Source of the DNA: Desulfobacterales bacterium
Lineage (GTDB): Bacteria; Desulfobacterota; Desulfobacteria; Desulfobacterales; UBA5852
Direction: 5' to 3'
NCBI GenBank assembly: GCA_963674755.2
Contig: CAXXVS010000002.1
Span: forward strand, 2,432,001-2,496,000
Length of the DNA stretch: 64,000 bases
Numbering within the stretch: position 1 is the stretch's first letter; every line of letters starts with the position of its first letter. Shown one piece after another: positions 28,154 through 38,704 of the stretch. The translations under genes were made by a program, and so were the position numbers. Under the pieces are notes generated by a model. The model searched no databases, was not told the DNA's origin, and worked only from the letters and a program-made list of their open reading frames with translations.

Positions 28154-29665
28154 ATGCTGACACAATGGATTCCCCGGCGGGTGCTGGCCGTGGAGCTGGC
28201 CGGGGACGACATCCGGGCCGCCCTGGTGCGCCGCAAGGGCGGCCGTTTCGAGGTGCTGGATTTCGCCGCCCTCAAGCGGCCCGATCCCCAGGACGATCTG
28301 CCCAATGTCGAGACCCTCAAGGCCCTGGGCGACCGCCTGGGTCAGACCACCGGACCGGCCGTGCTGGTGACGCCCCTGGCGCGGGCCTTCGAGCTGCTCA
28401 TGGACCGCAAGAAGATCAGCGGCCTGAAGCACTACCAGCTGCTTGAAACCGTCAAGTGGGAGGTGGAGCCTTACACGGGCATCACCGGAGCCAGCGCCCT
28501 GATCGGCGTGGAACCCGAACAGCGGCCCAAAGCGCGCCCCGGCGAAATCGTCTCCGAGGATGAGGACGAACAGGCCACCGTCACCGTGGCGGCCATCGAG
28601 CGCAATGTCTACCGGGCGGCCCGGGAGCGTTTCAAGGCTGCGGGCTTCGAGCTGGTGCGCATCTATCCGCCGGAGGTGTCCTTTTACTACGCCTTGTACC
28701 TGGCGCCGCTGGAAACGCCCCGGGCCCTGCTGGAAGTGGGGCCGGACTATTCCAATTTTGCCATCCTGCGCGGCGGGGTGCCCGAGCAAATCAACACCCT
28801 CAGCCTGAGCCTGGATGCCATGACGGCCCACCTGAGCGGGGAGGCGGTGTCCCATGAGCTGGAAGACAGCCTGCGTTTCACCGTGCGCCAGACACCGGAG
28901 CCCGAACCCCTGGTGATTTCCGGACCGGGCGCCGGAAACGCCGCGGTGGTGGAATTCATTGGCGGGTTTAGCCCCAACGGGGCCCGCCCCCTAACCTTGT
29001 CCCGCACGGCCGGATTGGCCGACGCCCGGGACGAAAGCGCCCACGCCGTTTTCGGCACCACCGTGGGGGCCGCCGTACGCGAGTTGCAGGGGCGGCAGGC
29101 ACGCCAGGCCGGCATCGACGACCGTATGCCCCTGGTGCCCCGTCTGAAGCAAAGCGTCTACCTGGCGCCCCTGGCCACGGCCTTGGTGCTGGGGGTGCTG
29201 CTGGCCGGCCATTACCAATTCATGAAACACCAGGACCGGGTCTACAAGGCCCGCATCACCACCCTGAAGGCGGACCTCAAGATCCGTCAGGCCGAAATCG
29301 CCAAATACGAGGATCTGATCAAAGAGCAGGACGCGCTGCGCAAGGAGATCGAGATGGCCAAGAAGCGTTTGGCCTACATCGAGGGTCAGGCCGACGAACA
29401 ATTGGACCACCTCATCGCCTGCATTGCCGGCCTGGCGGATGCGCTCTCGGATCAGATCGTCCTGAAAGCCATCCTCCAGAACGGTTCGGACACCTATACC
29501 GTGACCGGCAGCGCCTTCGACCTTGATGCGCTGGGCGTCTACGCCACCCGGCTCCAGGAGACGGCCTGGTGCGAAGCGGCCGTACTGCAAAAGCTTGAGA
29601 AGGGGGACGACGGCCAGCGCCTGGATTTCGAAATGACCCTCAAAGCGCCCCGCGAGGCCACATGA
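28154..29665 (+). CDS. PilM-PilN (GspL-like) fusion alignment protein
   Basis: N-terminal actin-like region (LAVEL, VKWEVEPY, ALLEVG), single TM, coiled coil, C-terminal TVTGSA...FEMTL; start codon approximate. Confidence 0.7.
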   Translation: MLTQWIPRRVLAVELAGDDIRAALVRRKGGRFEVLDFAALKRPDPQDDLPNVETLKALGDRLGQTTGPAVLVTPLARAFELLMDRKKISGLKHYQLLETVKWEVEPYTGITGASALIGVEPEQRPKARPGEIVSEDEDEQATVTVAAIERNVYRAARERFKAAGFELVRIYPPEVSFYYALYLAPLETPRALLEVGPDYSNFAILRGGVPEQINTLSLSLDAMTAHLSGEAVSHELEDSLRFTVRQTPEPEPLVISGPGAGNAAVVEFIGGFSPNGARPLTLSRTAGLADARDESAHAVFGTTVGAAVRELQGRQARQAGIDDRMPLVPRLKQSVYLAPLATALVLGVLLAGHYQFMKHQDRVYKARITTLKADLKIRQAEIAKYEDLIKEQDALRKEIEMAKKRLAYIEGQADEQLDHLIACIAGLADALSDQIVLKAILQNGSDTYTVTGSAFDLDALGVYATRLQETAWCEAAVLQKLEKGDDGQRLDFEMTLKAPREAT

Positions 29666-30198
29666 GGAAACTGTCCCGTTTTGAAAAATTCGGCCTCATG
29701 GCGGCCGTCATCGTGGCCTGCACCTTCTTTTACGTGAAGAAGGTCTACGAGCCCCAGGAGGCGCGTCTGAAGAAGACCATCGCCACCCTCAACAAGGTGG
29801 TGGGCCAGATCAACAACCTCGAGGAGGTGCCGCCGGCCGCCACGGTCAAGCGCTCCCTGAAGCGCTACCGCAAGGACCTGGAAGCGCTGTCGGATCAGTT
29901 GCAGGGCACCCAGATGCAAACCGGTGCGGAGCGGGAGGTGACCAAGCTGCTGAGCACCATCAACCGCAGAATGGCTTGCCACGGTCTGCGGGTCAATTCC
30001 CTGACGCCGGGGGGCGCCAGCACGGACGAACTGCTGGAGTGGAATCTCTTTCAGTTGAACCTGGAGGGCTCGTTCCAGGGCTTCCTGAATTTTGTGCGCG
30101 ACCTGAAGGATCTGAAAGATGCGGTCAAAATCGAAAAGGTGCAAATGGAAAGGGGCGACGGCCGCCTCCTGCACATCCAACTCAATCTGATGATCTGA
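29662..30198 (+). CDS. pilO: PilO/GspM-like protein
   Basis: LSRFEK + TM + coiled coil; LNLEGSFQGFLNFVRDL. Confidence 0.75.
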   Translation: MRKLSRFEKFGLMAAVIVACTFFYVKKVYEPQEARLKKTIATLNKVVGQINNLEEVPPAATVKRSLKRYRKDLEALSDQLQGTQMQTGAEREVTKLLSTINRRMACHGLRVNSLTPGGASTDELLEWNLFQLNLEGSFQGFLNFVRDLKDLKDAVKIEKVQMERGDGRLLHIQLNLMI

Positions 30199-30213
30199 CA
30201 ATAGAGGAGTACC

Positions 30214-30705
30214 ATGCTGAAGAAAATGCTTTACAAGGCCATCGGACCGCGGCCCCGGCCAAAGGCCGTCTCCCTGGCGAAACCCCGCAGACGGTTGGCT
30301 TGCGCAGTGCTCGTGTGGTCCATGGCCCTGGCCGGTCTGTCCCTGGTCTCGGCTTTGGCGGCGGCGGCCGCAGGGCCGGTCGCACCGGAACGCAATCCCT
30401 TTGAGACGGTGCCCTCCGCGGAAAACCCCTATCGCCATGAGGAGGCCATCCAGAAGCTGACCGTCCAGGGCATCGTGCGGGCCGAAAAGACCGAGCGGAT
30501 CATCGTACGCATCGCGGACATCGACGGTCTGGCGGTCCTCAAAAAGGGCGACAAGATTGCCCTGCGGCTCGACGGCCTGGTCCACACCTTCACCGTGGGC
30601 CGCATCCAGGCCAAAAGCGTCTGGTTTCAGGCCCTGCCCGCACGGGATGCCGCGCCGGATGACGATCGGATCCGTCGCCAGTCCTACGAGGTGTTTGTCC
30701 AATGA
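30214..30705 (+). CDS. PilP/GspC-like protein
   Basis: Single hydrophobic segment, RNPF motif, LTVQGIV, LKKGDKI; lies between PilO and the secretin. Confidence 0.5.
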   Translation: MLKKMLYKAIGPRPRPKAVSLAKPRRRLACAVLVWSMALAGLSLVSALAAAAAGPVAPERNPFETVPSAENPYRHEEAIQKLTVQGIVRAEKTERIIVRIADIDGLAVLKKGDKIALRLDGLVHTFTVGRIQAKSVWFQALPARDAAPDDDRIRRQSYEVFVQ

Positions 30706-32543
30706 AGGACCTGATCCGGTGGTTGACGATTGTCGTTCTCCTGGCCGTGGTCGCCGGCTGCGCCGGCACGGTGCGGAACATTAAGGAAAAGATGCAGTCC
30801 ATGCAGGGCCCCACCTTCGCGACCCACGGCATCCAGGAAGAAATGATTGAGGGGGGAGGCGGGGAAGAGCCGCCGCCGCGCCACACATCACCCATCGTGC
30901 GGATCATCAAGGGCACCCCTGTAGAAAACATGGATGCGGCCCGCGCCAAAATGGTCCAGGAAGCCTCGGTGGCCCTTGTTGGCTTGCAGGCCAAGCTGGA
31001 CTCCCTCATCCTGCGCGACGTGAACGTGCGGGTGATCGCCGAACTGCTTACCGAAATATGCGGTTACAACGTGGTAGCCACCAACACGGTGGCCGGCCGG
31101 CCCATCGACATCTACCTCCAGAACATCAGCCTGCGGGAGGCCCTGGAGGCTGTCTGCCGGCTCAACAACCTCTGGTATCGGGAAGGCCAGGGCATCATTA
31201 CGCTCATGACCCGCGATGAATACGTACGCGACATCCAGGTGCGCCAAAGCGAACAGACCCGGGCTTTTTATGCCCGCTATACCAATGCCGCCGACATGGC
31301 CAAAGTCATCCAGGCCGCCATGGGCGAGGAGGTCCATCTTGAGGTGATCGAGGACGAGGAGATCTACGGCCACATCGATCCCGAGGAGGAGGCAGAAGTG
31401 GGGGACGGGGAATATGACGCCCCGGTGCTGGGCGGCGGAACGGTAGAAAGTAGTGTGGCCGCCGGCAGGGCCGGTGCGGGGCCAACGGCGATCGGCAGGG
31501 CCGGATTCGATTCACCGGAAGCCGCCCGGACGGCCGAGGGCAAACGGCCCCTGCTGGCCATCCTTACCGTATTCAAGCGCAACAACTGCATCGTGGCCCG
31601 CTCCCTGGACGGGGCCCTGCTCAATGAGATGGCCCGCATCATCGAGGCCCTGGACACCCCCACCAGCCAGGTGCTGCTTGAAATCAAGATCTTGCAGCTC
31701 ACCCTGGACGACGGGTTCGAGAGCTTTTTTGACTTCGACTACACCGATAGCGGATCAATGGGCCTGACCGGTGATTTTGTTACGGAACTAGGGCTGGGCG
31801 GGAGTACGGCCATTGGCTCGCAGACCTTTGATTTCATCTTCGACAGTGAAAAGCTCAATGCCCGTCTGGCCTATTTTGAAAACGAGGGGCGGGCCGAAAT
31901 CATCGCCACTCCTTTTCTGATGTCCGCCAACAATAGCAAAGTGGAATTCTTCGTAGGTGAGGAGACCCCCCTGCGGGACGACGTTACCTCCTCCACTACG
32001 TCCGTGGGCGACCTGGGCGACACCATGACCACCTACGATTACAACATCATTCGCGAAGAACTGGGCACCGACGTGGAAATGACCACTTTCATCAACGAAG
32101 ACGCCACCGTGACCCTGGAATTCGAGGCCGAGATCACGAGCCCTATCCTCAACTACAGCACCATCCCGGTGGTCAACCAGCAAACCGGCGAGACCATCGA
32201 ATTCCCCCTGGATGCCACAACCAAGAGCGAGCTCAAATCGATCCTGTCGGCCAAATCAGGGCAGTCCATCGCCATCGGCGGCATCATCAAGGAAACCCTC
32301 GATCTCCTGGAAAACAAGGTGCCCGTGCTGGGGGATATCCCCGGTCTGGGCTTCTTCTTCCGGGAAATCAACAATGCCAAAAAGAAAACTGAAACCGTCA
32401 TTATCCTGACCCCCCATGTGATCATGCACCCGGCCCTGGCCGGGCATGCCACGGAAGAATTCCTGCGGCGTAAGAGCTCCCATGAGCAGATCACCAGGGG
32501 CATGGAAAATATTCTGGAAAGGGATCTGCCTGTCAAACCATGA
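30702..32543 (+). CDS. Secretin (PilQ/GspD family) with lipoprotein signal
   Basis: Lipobox VAG|C; LDTPTSQVLLEIKI, GQSIAIGG, KVPVLGDIPGLGFFF, ILTPHV. Confidence 0.9.
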   Translation: MKDLIRWLTIVVLLAVVAGCAGTVRNIKEKMQSMQGPTFATHGIQEEMIEGGGGEEPPPRHTSPIVRIIKGTPVENMDAARAKMVQEASVALVGLQAKLDSLILRDVNVRVIAELLTEICGYNVVATNTVAGRPIDIYLQNISLREALEAVCRLNNLWYREGQGIITLMTRDEYVRDIQVRQSEQTRAFYARYTNAADMAKVIQAAMGEEVHLEVIEDEEIYGHIDPEEEAEVGDGEYDAPVLGGGTVESSVAAGRAGAGPTAIGRAGFDSPEAARTAEGKRPLLAILTVFKRNNCIVARSLDGALLNEMARIIEALDTPTSQVLLEIKILQLTLDDGFESFFDFDYTDSGSMGLTGDFVTELGLGGSTAIGSQTFDFIFDSEKLNARLAYFENEGRAEIIATPFLMSANNSKVEFFVGEETPLRDDVTSSTTSVGDLGDTMTTYDYNIIREELGTDVEMTTFINEDATVTLEFEAEITSPILNYSTIPVVNQQTGETIEFPLDATTKSELKSILSAKSGQSIAIGGIIKETLDLLENKVPVLGDIPGLGFFFREINNAKKKTETVIILTPHVIMHPALAGHATEEFLRRKSSHEQITRGMENILERDLPVKP

Positions 32544-33691
32544 GCCTGTGTGCCCCCATCCCCATGGCCGAGGCCCGGCCCTGCGACATGGACGCGTTGT
32601 TCCGGGAAACCCTGCGCCGCGGTGCTTCGGACCTGCACCTTACGGCCCACATGCCGCCCGTCTTCCGCGTGAAAGGCGACCTGCGGGCCATGGCCTGCAA
32701 TGCTTATGCCCCGGAGGAAATCGAAAGCCTGCTCAGGCCCATTCTGAGCCCCCGGCACCGGCAGGTGCTGGAGAAGAAAAAGTCCGTGGACTTCGCCATC
32801 AGCGTCAATACCGTGGGCCGCTTCCGGATCGCGGCCTTCTACCAGCGCGGGGCCTTGAGCGTGGCCGCGCGCCTGCTGCACGCCGGCATCCCCACTTTCG
32901 AAAGCCTGGGCCTGCCCGGGAGCATCGCCCGGCTCACACGGCTGCGCGACGGCCTGATCCTGGTGACCGGCGTCACCGGCTCGGGCAAATCCACTACGTT
33001 GGCCACCGTGCTGGACGACATCAACAACACGGCTCGGCACAACATCATCACCATCGAGGATCCCATCGAGTACATCCACCAGAACAATCGCAGCGTGATC
33101 CACCAGCGGGAGCTCTTCACGGACGTGCTCTCCTTTGCCGACGCCCTGCGCGACGCTTTGCGGGCCGATCCGGACGTGATCCTGGTGGGGGAAATGCGCG
33201 ACCTGGAAACCATGCGGACCGCCATCATGGCCGCCGAAACCGGCCACCTGGTTTTCTCCACCCTCCACTCCCGGGACTGCATCTCCACCATCAACCGCAT
33301 GGTGGGGGCCTTTCCGGCCGGGGAGCAGGCCCAGATCCGCCAGCAGCTCTCCTCGACCTTGAAGGCCGTGGTCTCCCAGCGCCTGTTGCCCAACGCGGCC
33401 GGCACGGGCCGGGTGCCGGCCGTGGAAATCATGCTCACCACGCCAGGCATTGCCAACCTGATCCGCCAGGGCAAAGACGATATGATCTATTCGGCCGTCG
33501 AGACCGGCATCCAGCAAGGCATGCAGACCATGGAGCAGAGTCTGATCAAGCTGATCCGCGAGGGGCTGATCGGTATGGACACGGGCCTGGCCGCGGCCCG
33601 CAACGAATCCCTGCTGCGCCAGCGCCTGTCGGTGCACCGCACAGGCCAGAGCCTGGCGCCGATAAGCGATTATCCGCGGAACCGGAGGTAG
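32540..33691 (+). CDS. pilT: Type IV pilus retraction ATPase PilT/PilU
   Basis: ASDLHL, GVTGSGKSTT, TIEDPIE, ALRADPDVILVGEMRD, AETGHLVFSTLH, IANLIRQGK, GMQTM. Confidence 0.92.
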   Translation: MSLCAPIPMAEARPCDMDALFRETLRRGASDLHLTAHMPPVFRVKGDLRAMACNAYAPEEIESLLRPILSPRHRQVLEKKKSVDFAISVNTVGRFRIAAFYQRGALSVAARLLHAGIPTFESLGLPGSIARLTRLRDGLILVTGVTGSGKSTTLATVLDDINNTARHNIITIEDPIEYIHQNNRSVIHQRELFTDVLSFADALRDALRADPDVILVGEMRDLETMRTAIMAAETGHLVFSTLHSRDCISTINRMVGAFPAGEQAQIRQQLSSTLKAVVSQRLLPNAAGTGRVPAVEIMLTTPGIANLIRQGKDDMIYSAVETGIQQGMQTMEQSLIKLIREGLIGMDTGLAAARNESLLRQRLSVHRTGQSLAPISDYPRNRR

Positions 33692-33697
33692 GACACC

Positions 33698-35344
33698 ATG
33701 GTACGCATGGAACGTTTCGGGGAATTCCTGGTGAAAAAGGGCGCCGTGCGCCGGGTGGACCTGACCCGCCTGCTGGCGGCCCAACGCCTGGTGCGGGAGA
33801 AAATCGGCACCATCGCCGTACGCGAAGGTCTGCTGACCGAGGACGAGCTGACCGCCTACCTGGGCGAATATCTGGGCATGCCGCTGTTCAAAGCCACCGT
33901 CGACACCATCGAAAAGGGCATTATCCGCGTCATTCCCAAGAAAATGGCCCTCAAGGCCAATGTGTTGCCCGTGGGGACGGGTGAGGGCGGCGCGCTTTTG
34001 CTGGCTTGCAGTGGCCCGCTGTCCAAAACCATGCTCCAGACGATTTCCCGGCTCAGCAAACAGCCGGTGCGCCTGGTGCTGACCTCCCCGCGCAAACTGC
34101 ACAAGATGCAGAATCTCTTCTACAGCCGGGAGTTCGACACCGCCATCAACCTGACCGGCGCGGTGGACCTGGAGGACACGGGCTTCATCATCGAGCTTTT
34201 CGAGAAGCTCATGCTGCGGGCCGTCAATCAGGGGGCCTCGGACATGCACGTGGAACCGGAGCGTGACGTTCTGGCGATCCGCTTCCGGGTGGACGGGATG
34301 CTGGTCAGGACCGAGGCCCTGCCCAGCGATCTGGCCGGCCGGTTGGTGTCCCGCATCAAAGTGCTGGCCGGGATGGATATCGCCGAACGCCGCAAGCCCC
34401 AGGACGGCGCCTTCTACTTCCTGCCCCAGGCCCTGGACGTGGCCATCGACGGGGTCAACGTGCGGGTCAGCACCCTGCCGGTGGTGAACGGCGAAAAAGC
34501 CGTCCTGCGGCTGCTCCCGCCCCATGACGAGGTCATCGAGCTGGACGGCCTGGGCATGGACGCGGCCCTGCTGGCACGTTTCAAGCGTTTGCTGCGCACC
34601 CCCCACGGGATTCTGCTGGTGACCGGCCCCACCGGGTCGGGCAAATCCACCACCCTGTATGGCGCCCTGCAAATGCTGCGGGCCGAGACCACCAACATCA
34701 CCACCATCGAAGACCCGGTGGAACTGACCGTGCGGGGAGTCAACCAGACCCAGGTGGACTCGGGGGAGCGGCTCTCCTTTGCCAATGCCTTGCGGGCAAT
34801 CCTGCGCCAGGACCCGGATGTCATCATGGTGGGGGAGATCCGCGACCCGGAGACCCTGCGGATTGCCCTGCGGGCGGCCATCACGGGCCACCTGGTACTC
34901 TCGACCCTGCACACCAACGACGCCCCCAGCGCCTTCAACCGCATGATGGACATGGGGGCCGAACCCTTCCTGGTGGCAGCCTCGGTGCGGGCCGTGTTGG
35001 CCCAGCGCCTGGTGCGCACGGTCTGCCCGGCCTGCGGCCGGGCCGTGCCCATCGGCGTCGCCGAACAGCGCATGCTGGGCCTCGATAGTATGCCCTTTCA
35101 GATCCGCCGCGGGCCGGGGTGTGACAACTGCCAGATGGGTTTCCGAGGGCGGCTGGGCATTTTCGAATTGCTGGAAGTGGACGAAAAGCTGAAGCCCCAT
35201 ATCCTGGAGGCCGCCGACTTTGAAACCCTGCGGCAGGCTGCGATCACACACCAGGCTTTCCGCACCCTGCGGGAGGACGGCATCGCCAAGGTGCGGCAGG
35301 GCCTGACCACACCCGAGGAAATCATACGGGTGACCATCGACTGA
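33698..35344 (+). CDS. pilB: PilB/GspE assembly ATPase
   Basis: N-terminal RFGEFLVKKG / KIGTIAVREG repeats (MshEN-like), ASDMHVEP, DIAERRKPQDG, GPTGSGKSTT, LRQDPD, CPAC...CDNC. Confidence 0.92.
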   Translation: MVRMERFGEFLVKKGAVRRVDLTRLLAAQRLVREKIGTIAVREGLLTEDELTAYLGEYLGMPLFKATVDTIEKGIIRVIPKKMALKANVLPVGTGEGGALLLACSGPLSKTMLQTISRLSKQPVRLVLTSPRKLHKMQNLFYSREFDTAINLTGAVDLEDTGFIIELFEKLMLRAVNQGASDMHVEPERDVLAIRFRVDGMLVRTEALPSDLAGRLVSRIKVLAGMDIAERRKPQDGAFYFLPQALDVAIDGVNVRVSTLPVVNGEKAVLRLLPPHDEVIELDGLGMDAALLARFKRLLRTPHGILLVTGPTGSGKSTTLYGALQMLRAETTNITTIEDPVELTVRGVNQTQVDSGERLSFANALRAILRQDPDVIMVGEIRDPETLRIALRAAITGHLVLSTLHTNDAPSAFNRMMDMGAEPFLVAASVRAVLAQRLVRTVCPACGRAVPIGVAEQRMLGLDSMPFQIRRGPGCDNCQMGFRGRLGIFELLEVDEKLKPHILEAADFETLRQAAITHQAFRTLREDGIAKVRQGLTTPEEIIRVTID

Positions 35345-35400
35345 CATCGCCTGTTAGCAAGGCGGCCTGACGACGGCCGTAAGGAGTATAGCGATAGGGT

Positions 35401-36612
35401 ATGCCACATTTCAGGTACAGCGCGATCGATTCCGGGGGTAAACGCATCCGCGGGCGCCTGACGGCCGACGATGTCAATGCGGCCGCCGAACGCTTGCGGG
35501 CCCAGGGCCTGACCATCACGGAGATCAGCGAAACCACGGAACGCGCTGCGGCCGGCCTTGGCGGGGGGCTGACGGCGGTCCTGGGGGTGGTGCGGACCAA
35601 GGACGTGGTGCTGTTTTTCCGGATGTTTTCGGCCCTGATCGCCTCTAACGTGACCATTTCCGAGGCCATGGAAATCCTGCACGAACAGGCCGAGAACCGC
35701 CAACTCAAGCGCGTGCTGAATGATATCCGTCTGAAAATCGAGGGGGGCGAGCCCTTGAGCGACGCCATGGCCGGTCATCCGCGGGTTTTTCCACGGGTGG
35801 CCACCAACATGATCCGGGCCGGGGAGCTGGGCGGCATCCTCGACACAGTCCTGGAGCGCATTTCGGATTACCTCGAAAGCAAGGCGTCCCTGCGGACCAA
35901 GATGATCGTCAGTATGATCTACCCCACGGTAGTGGTGGTGGTGGCCACCGTGGTGGTGGTTTTCCTGGTGACCTATGTGATCCCCAAGTTCGCCTCGCTG
36001 CTGGGGGGCCGGAAGCTCCCGGCCAATACCCAGTTCCTGCTGGATACAGCCGCTTTCCTGACCGGCAACGCCCGGGCCATTCTGATTGCCAGCGCGGGGT
36101 CAGGGCTGGTCCTGGGGGTGCTGTTCGCCCTGCCGGCCAGCCGGATCTATATAGACCGCTATAAGATCCGCATTCCGGTGATCGGCCCGATTTTCCGCAA
36201 CGGGGTCATCGTGCAGTTTTCCAAAACCCTGGCGTCCCTTCTGGAAAGCGGCATTACCCTGGTGGATGCCCTGCGGGCCACGGCCGATACGGTCACCAAC
36301 GAGGCCGTGCGCCAGCAAATCCGCCGGATGAACGACCGGGTGCTGGCCGGCGACCCTCTGTCCCACGCCTTGGCCGGCGACCGGTTCTTCACGCCCATGG
36401 TGAAGGCCATGGTGCGAATCGGCGAGCATTCGGGGCTGATGGACCAGGCCATGGCCACCGTGGGCCAGCTCCACGAAAAAATCCTGCAGGACAAAATCGC
36501 GCGCATGAGCGCCATGATCGAACCGGTCCTGATCATCGTTTTGGGGGGTATCGTGGGCTACGTGGCCTGGGGCCTGGTGGCCGGCATGCTGGCATTGTAT
36601 TCGGCGGCATAA
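35401..36612 (+). CDS. pilC: PilC/GspF inner-membrane platform protein
   Basis: MPHFRYSAID, GELGGIL, YP...TM...IPKF, IGEHSG, IEP. Confidence 0.92.
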   Translation: MPHFRYSAIDSGGKRIRGRLTADDVNAAAERLRAQGLTITEISETTERAAAGLGGGLTAVLGVVRTKDVVLFFRMFSALIASNVTISEAMEILHEQAENRQLKRVLNDIRLKIEGGEPLSDAMAGHPRVFPRVATNMIRAGELGGILDTVLERISDYLESKASLRTKMIVSMIYPTVVVVVATVVVVFLVTYVIPKFASLLGGRKLPANTQFLLDTAAFLTGNARAILIASAGSGLVLGVLFALPASRIYIDRYKIRIPVIGPIFRNGVIVQFSKTLASLLESGITLVDALRATADTVTNEAVRQQIRRMNDRVLAGDPLSHALAGDRFFTPMVKAMVRIGEHSGLMDQAMATVGQLHEKILQDKIARMSAMIEPVLIIVLGGIVGYVAWGLVAGMLALYSAA

Positions 36613-36697
36613 TAGAAGAGGGTCCCGTATAGCGAACAGGCGGACGGCCTTCCCGATGGGGGGCCTGCCGACAGGTATCGCAAAGGAGACGAACAGA

Positions 36698-36928
36698 ATG
36701 AAACACAAGTTGATTCTTCATTCATTATATCTCAGCATGATCATCATGAATATCGGGATTGCCCTGGCCTTCGGCATCTTGCCAACCTTTGTGATGGCGT
36801 TGCTGACCATGATCCACTGGATGGCCACTTCTTTAAAAGAAGAAGAAGTATTGTTGCAGAAATTTCCCGATGCCGATCGCCAATATAAAAAAAAGGCGCC
36901 ATGGCGACTGCCTCCGGGGGATTTTTGA
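36698..36928 (+). pseudogene. C-terminal remnant of an ICMT/PEMT-family membrane methyltransferase
   Basis: HSLYLSMI...EEEVLLQKF...YKKKAPWRL.PG matches only the C-terminal motif; N-terminal TMs absent; AT-rich. Confidence 0.5.
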
Positions 36929-36989
36929 CGGGCATAAGAAGCATATGGCCTTTATGGCCGATCACCGTATCCAAATTGCAGAGAAGACG

Positions 36990-37796
36990 ATGAACCAGAA
37001 ATTAAGCGGCATTCCGGAAACGATGCTCATTCCTTTATGGGCGCGAGCCGTGGAGACGGTGCGGGAGAAACCGATTATCCGGGATGACATGGCGGTGGAA
37101 ATGGTCTCCCGGATCGACTACGACTTTGCCAAATTTAAAAAATCCTGGTTGTCGCAAGTTGGGGTGTCGATCCGAACGATGCTGATAGACAATGCCGTGC
37201 ACGACTTTGTAACCCGCCATCCCGGTGCGCAGATAGTCAACCTCGGCGCCGGACTGGATACGCGCTGTGAGCGGTTGAAAGAGGAAGCGATTGTCTCCTG
37301 GCACGATCTGGACGTACCGCATGCGATTGAATTGAGGCGTAAATTCTTTGCGGAAAGCGAAAGGAACCGGTTCATTGCCAAGTCGGTTTTCGACCTGTCC
37401 TGGATGGACGATATGGATGCCGCCGGTCAAAAGACGTTGATCATCGCCGAAGGCCTGCTCATGTATTTCACCGAGGAAGACATCCGGGTTCTTTTCAAGC
37501 AACTGGCCGCGCGATTCCCGGGAGCTGAGATGCTCTTCGAGATGCTGGCCCCTTTTCTGGTGGGCAAGAGCAAGCATCATGATGCCGTAAGCAAAATCGG
37601 CAGCCGCGCTGAATTCAAGTGGGGCCTCAAAGACAGCCGGGAGATCGAGACCTGGGACGTGCATATCCGATTTATGGAAGAATGGGATTATTTTGATTTC
37701 CACAAGGAGCGCTGGAAGTGGTTCGGCTACCTGGGACGTTTCCCGCTAATCAGACCCCTGCTCTCCAACCGGATCGTTCATTTGTGCTTTATGTAA
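36990..37796 (+). CDS. SAM-dependent methyltransferase, LCM/TcmP-like family
   Basis: ETMLIPLWARA, VNLGAGLDTR, DLDVP, IAEGLLMYF. Confidence 0.88.
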   Translation: MNQKLSGIPETMLIPLWARAVETVREKPIIRDDMAVEMVSRIDYDFAKFKKSWLSQVGVSIRTMLIDNAVHDFVTRHPGAQIVNLGAGLDTRCERLKEEAIVSWHDLDVPHAIELRRKFFAESERNRFIAKSVFDLSWMDDMDAAGQKTLIIAEGLLMYFTEEDIRVLFKQLAARFPGAEMLFEMLAPFLVGKSKHHDAVSKIGSRAEFKWGLKDSREIETWDVHIRFMEEWDYFDFHKERWKWFGYLGRFPLIRPLLSNRIVHLCFM

Positions 37797-37822
37797 CCCT
37801 GAACTCTTTTGGGAAGAGATTT

Positions 37823-38704
37823 ATGAAACTTCACGCATTAAAGATCCTTTTGACCCTTTTCTGCCTGACGCTGGGTGTGTCGGGCTGCCACCAGGCGGAA
37901 TCCGGTGACAATGTGGTAGTACGTTTTGAGGGCGGCCGGCTGACCGCGGAAGACCTTTCGGCTCATTACGATAAGATGAAAAAAGGCACCCGCTTCCGCC
38001 GGAACCAGGAGCAGCTCACCCCGGAATTCGCTTTCGAGCACGCTGTCAACATGGAGATGATCATTGCCAAGGGGCTCGAGGAAAAACTTCACCTCGATCC
38101 CCGCATCCGGGCCGAGATCCACGCCTTCATGGCCGACCTGTTTCTCAAAGTCATGCAGGAAAAGCTCGTACCCCAAATCGACAAGCAGGACTTCAGCGAG
38201 GAGGAGGTGCGCGCCTATTTCGACGCCCATCCGGAAAGCTATCAAACCCCCGCGCACTACGATGTGCGGATCATCCGGGCGGCCGACCGGGCCAAGTTGG
38301 AAAATATTCGGGTGGAAATCGCGAAGGGAGCGATCACCTTCAAGGCGGCGGCCCGGGCGCATTCCACCGATGGCCGCACCCGCGACAAGGGCGGTGCCGT
38401 GGGGCCGCGCCCTCTTGAACGGTTCCGGTCCGACTGGCGCGCGGTCATTGCCGAGCTGGAACCGGGATCGCTGTCGGCGCCCACCGCCATCGGAGACGAC
38501 TGGTTTCTGTTCGAACTGGCCGGCCGAACCGCCCCGGTACCCCATGATTTCGAAGAAAAGAAAGCCTATGTGCGCAATGACCTCTTGTATGCACGCTACC
38601 GCGAATCCTGGCAGGCGACCTACGAGCGGCTCAAGAAAGAGTTCGCTCTCAAGGTGGACGCGGCCCGACGGGATCGCTTTCTGAAAGGAGAAAAGCCCTC
38701 ATGA
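37823..38704 (+). CDS. Parvulin/PpiC-type peptidyl-prolyl isomerase lipoprotein
   Basis: Lipobox VSG|C; SEEEVRAYF, FKAAARAHSTD, KGGAVG, LEPGSLSAP. Confidence 0.8.
   Translation: MKLHALKILLTLFCLTLGVSGCHQAESGDNVVVRFEGGRLTAEDLSAHYDKMKKGTRFRRNQEQLTPEFAFEHAVNMEMIIAKGLEEKLHLDPRIRAEIHAFMADLFLKVMQEKLVPQIDKQDFSEEEVRAYFDAHPESYQTPAHYDVRIIRAADRAKLENIRVEIAKGAITFKAAARAHSTDGRTRDKGGAVGPRPLERFRSDWRAVIAELEPGSLSAPTAIGDDWFLFELAGRTAPVPHDFEEKKAYVRNDLLYARYRESWQATYERLKKEFALKVDAARRDRFLKGEKPS

Noticed and set aside
32153..35347. 1064-aa minus-strand ORF and other long antisense ORFs (e.g. 109-1989, 22547-24088, 60793-62310)
   Set aside because: Shadow frames of well-supported genes on the opposite strand, common in GC-rich DNA, with no motifs of their own
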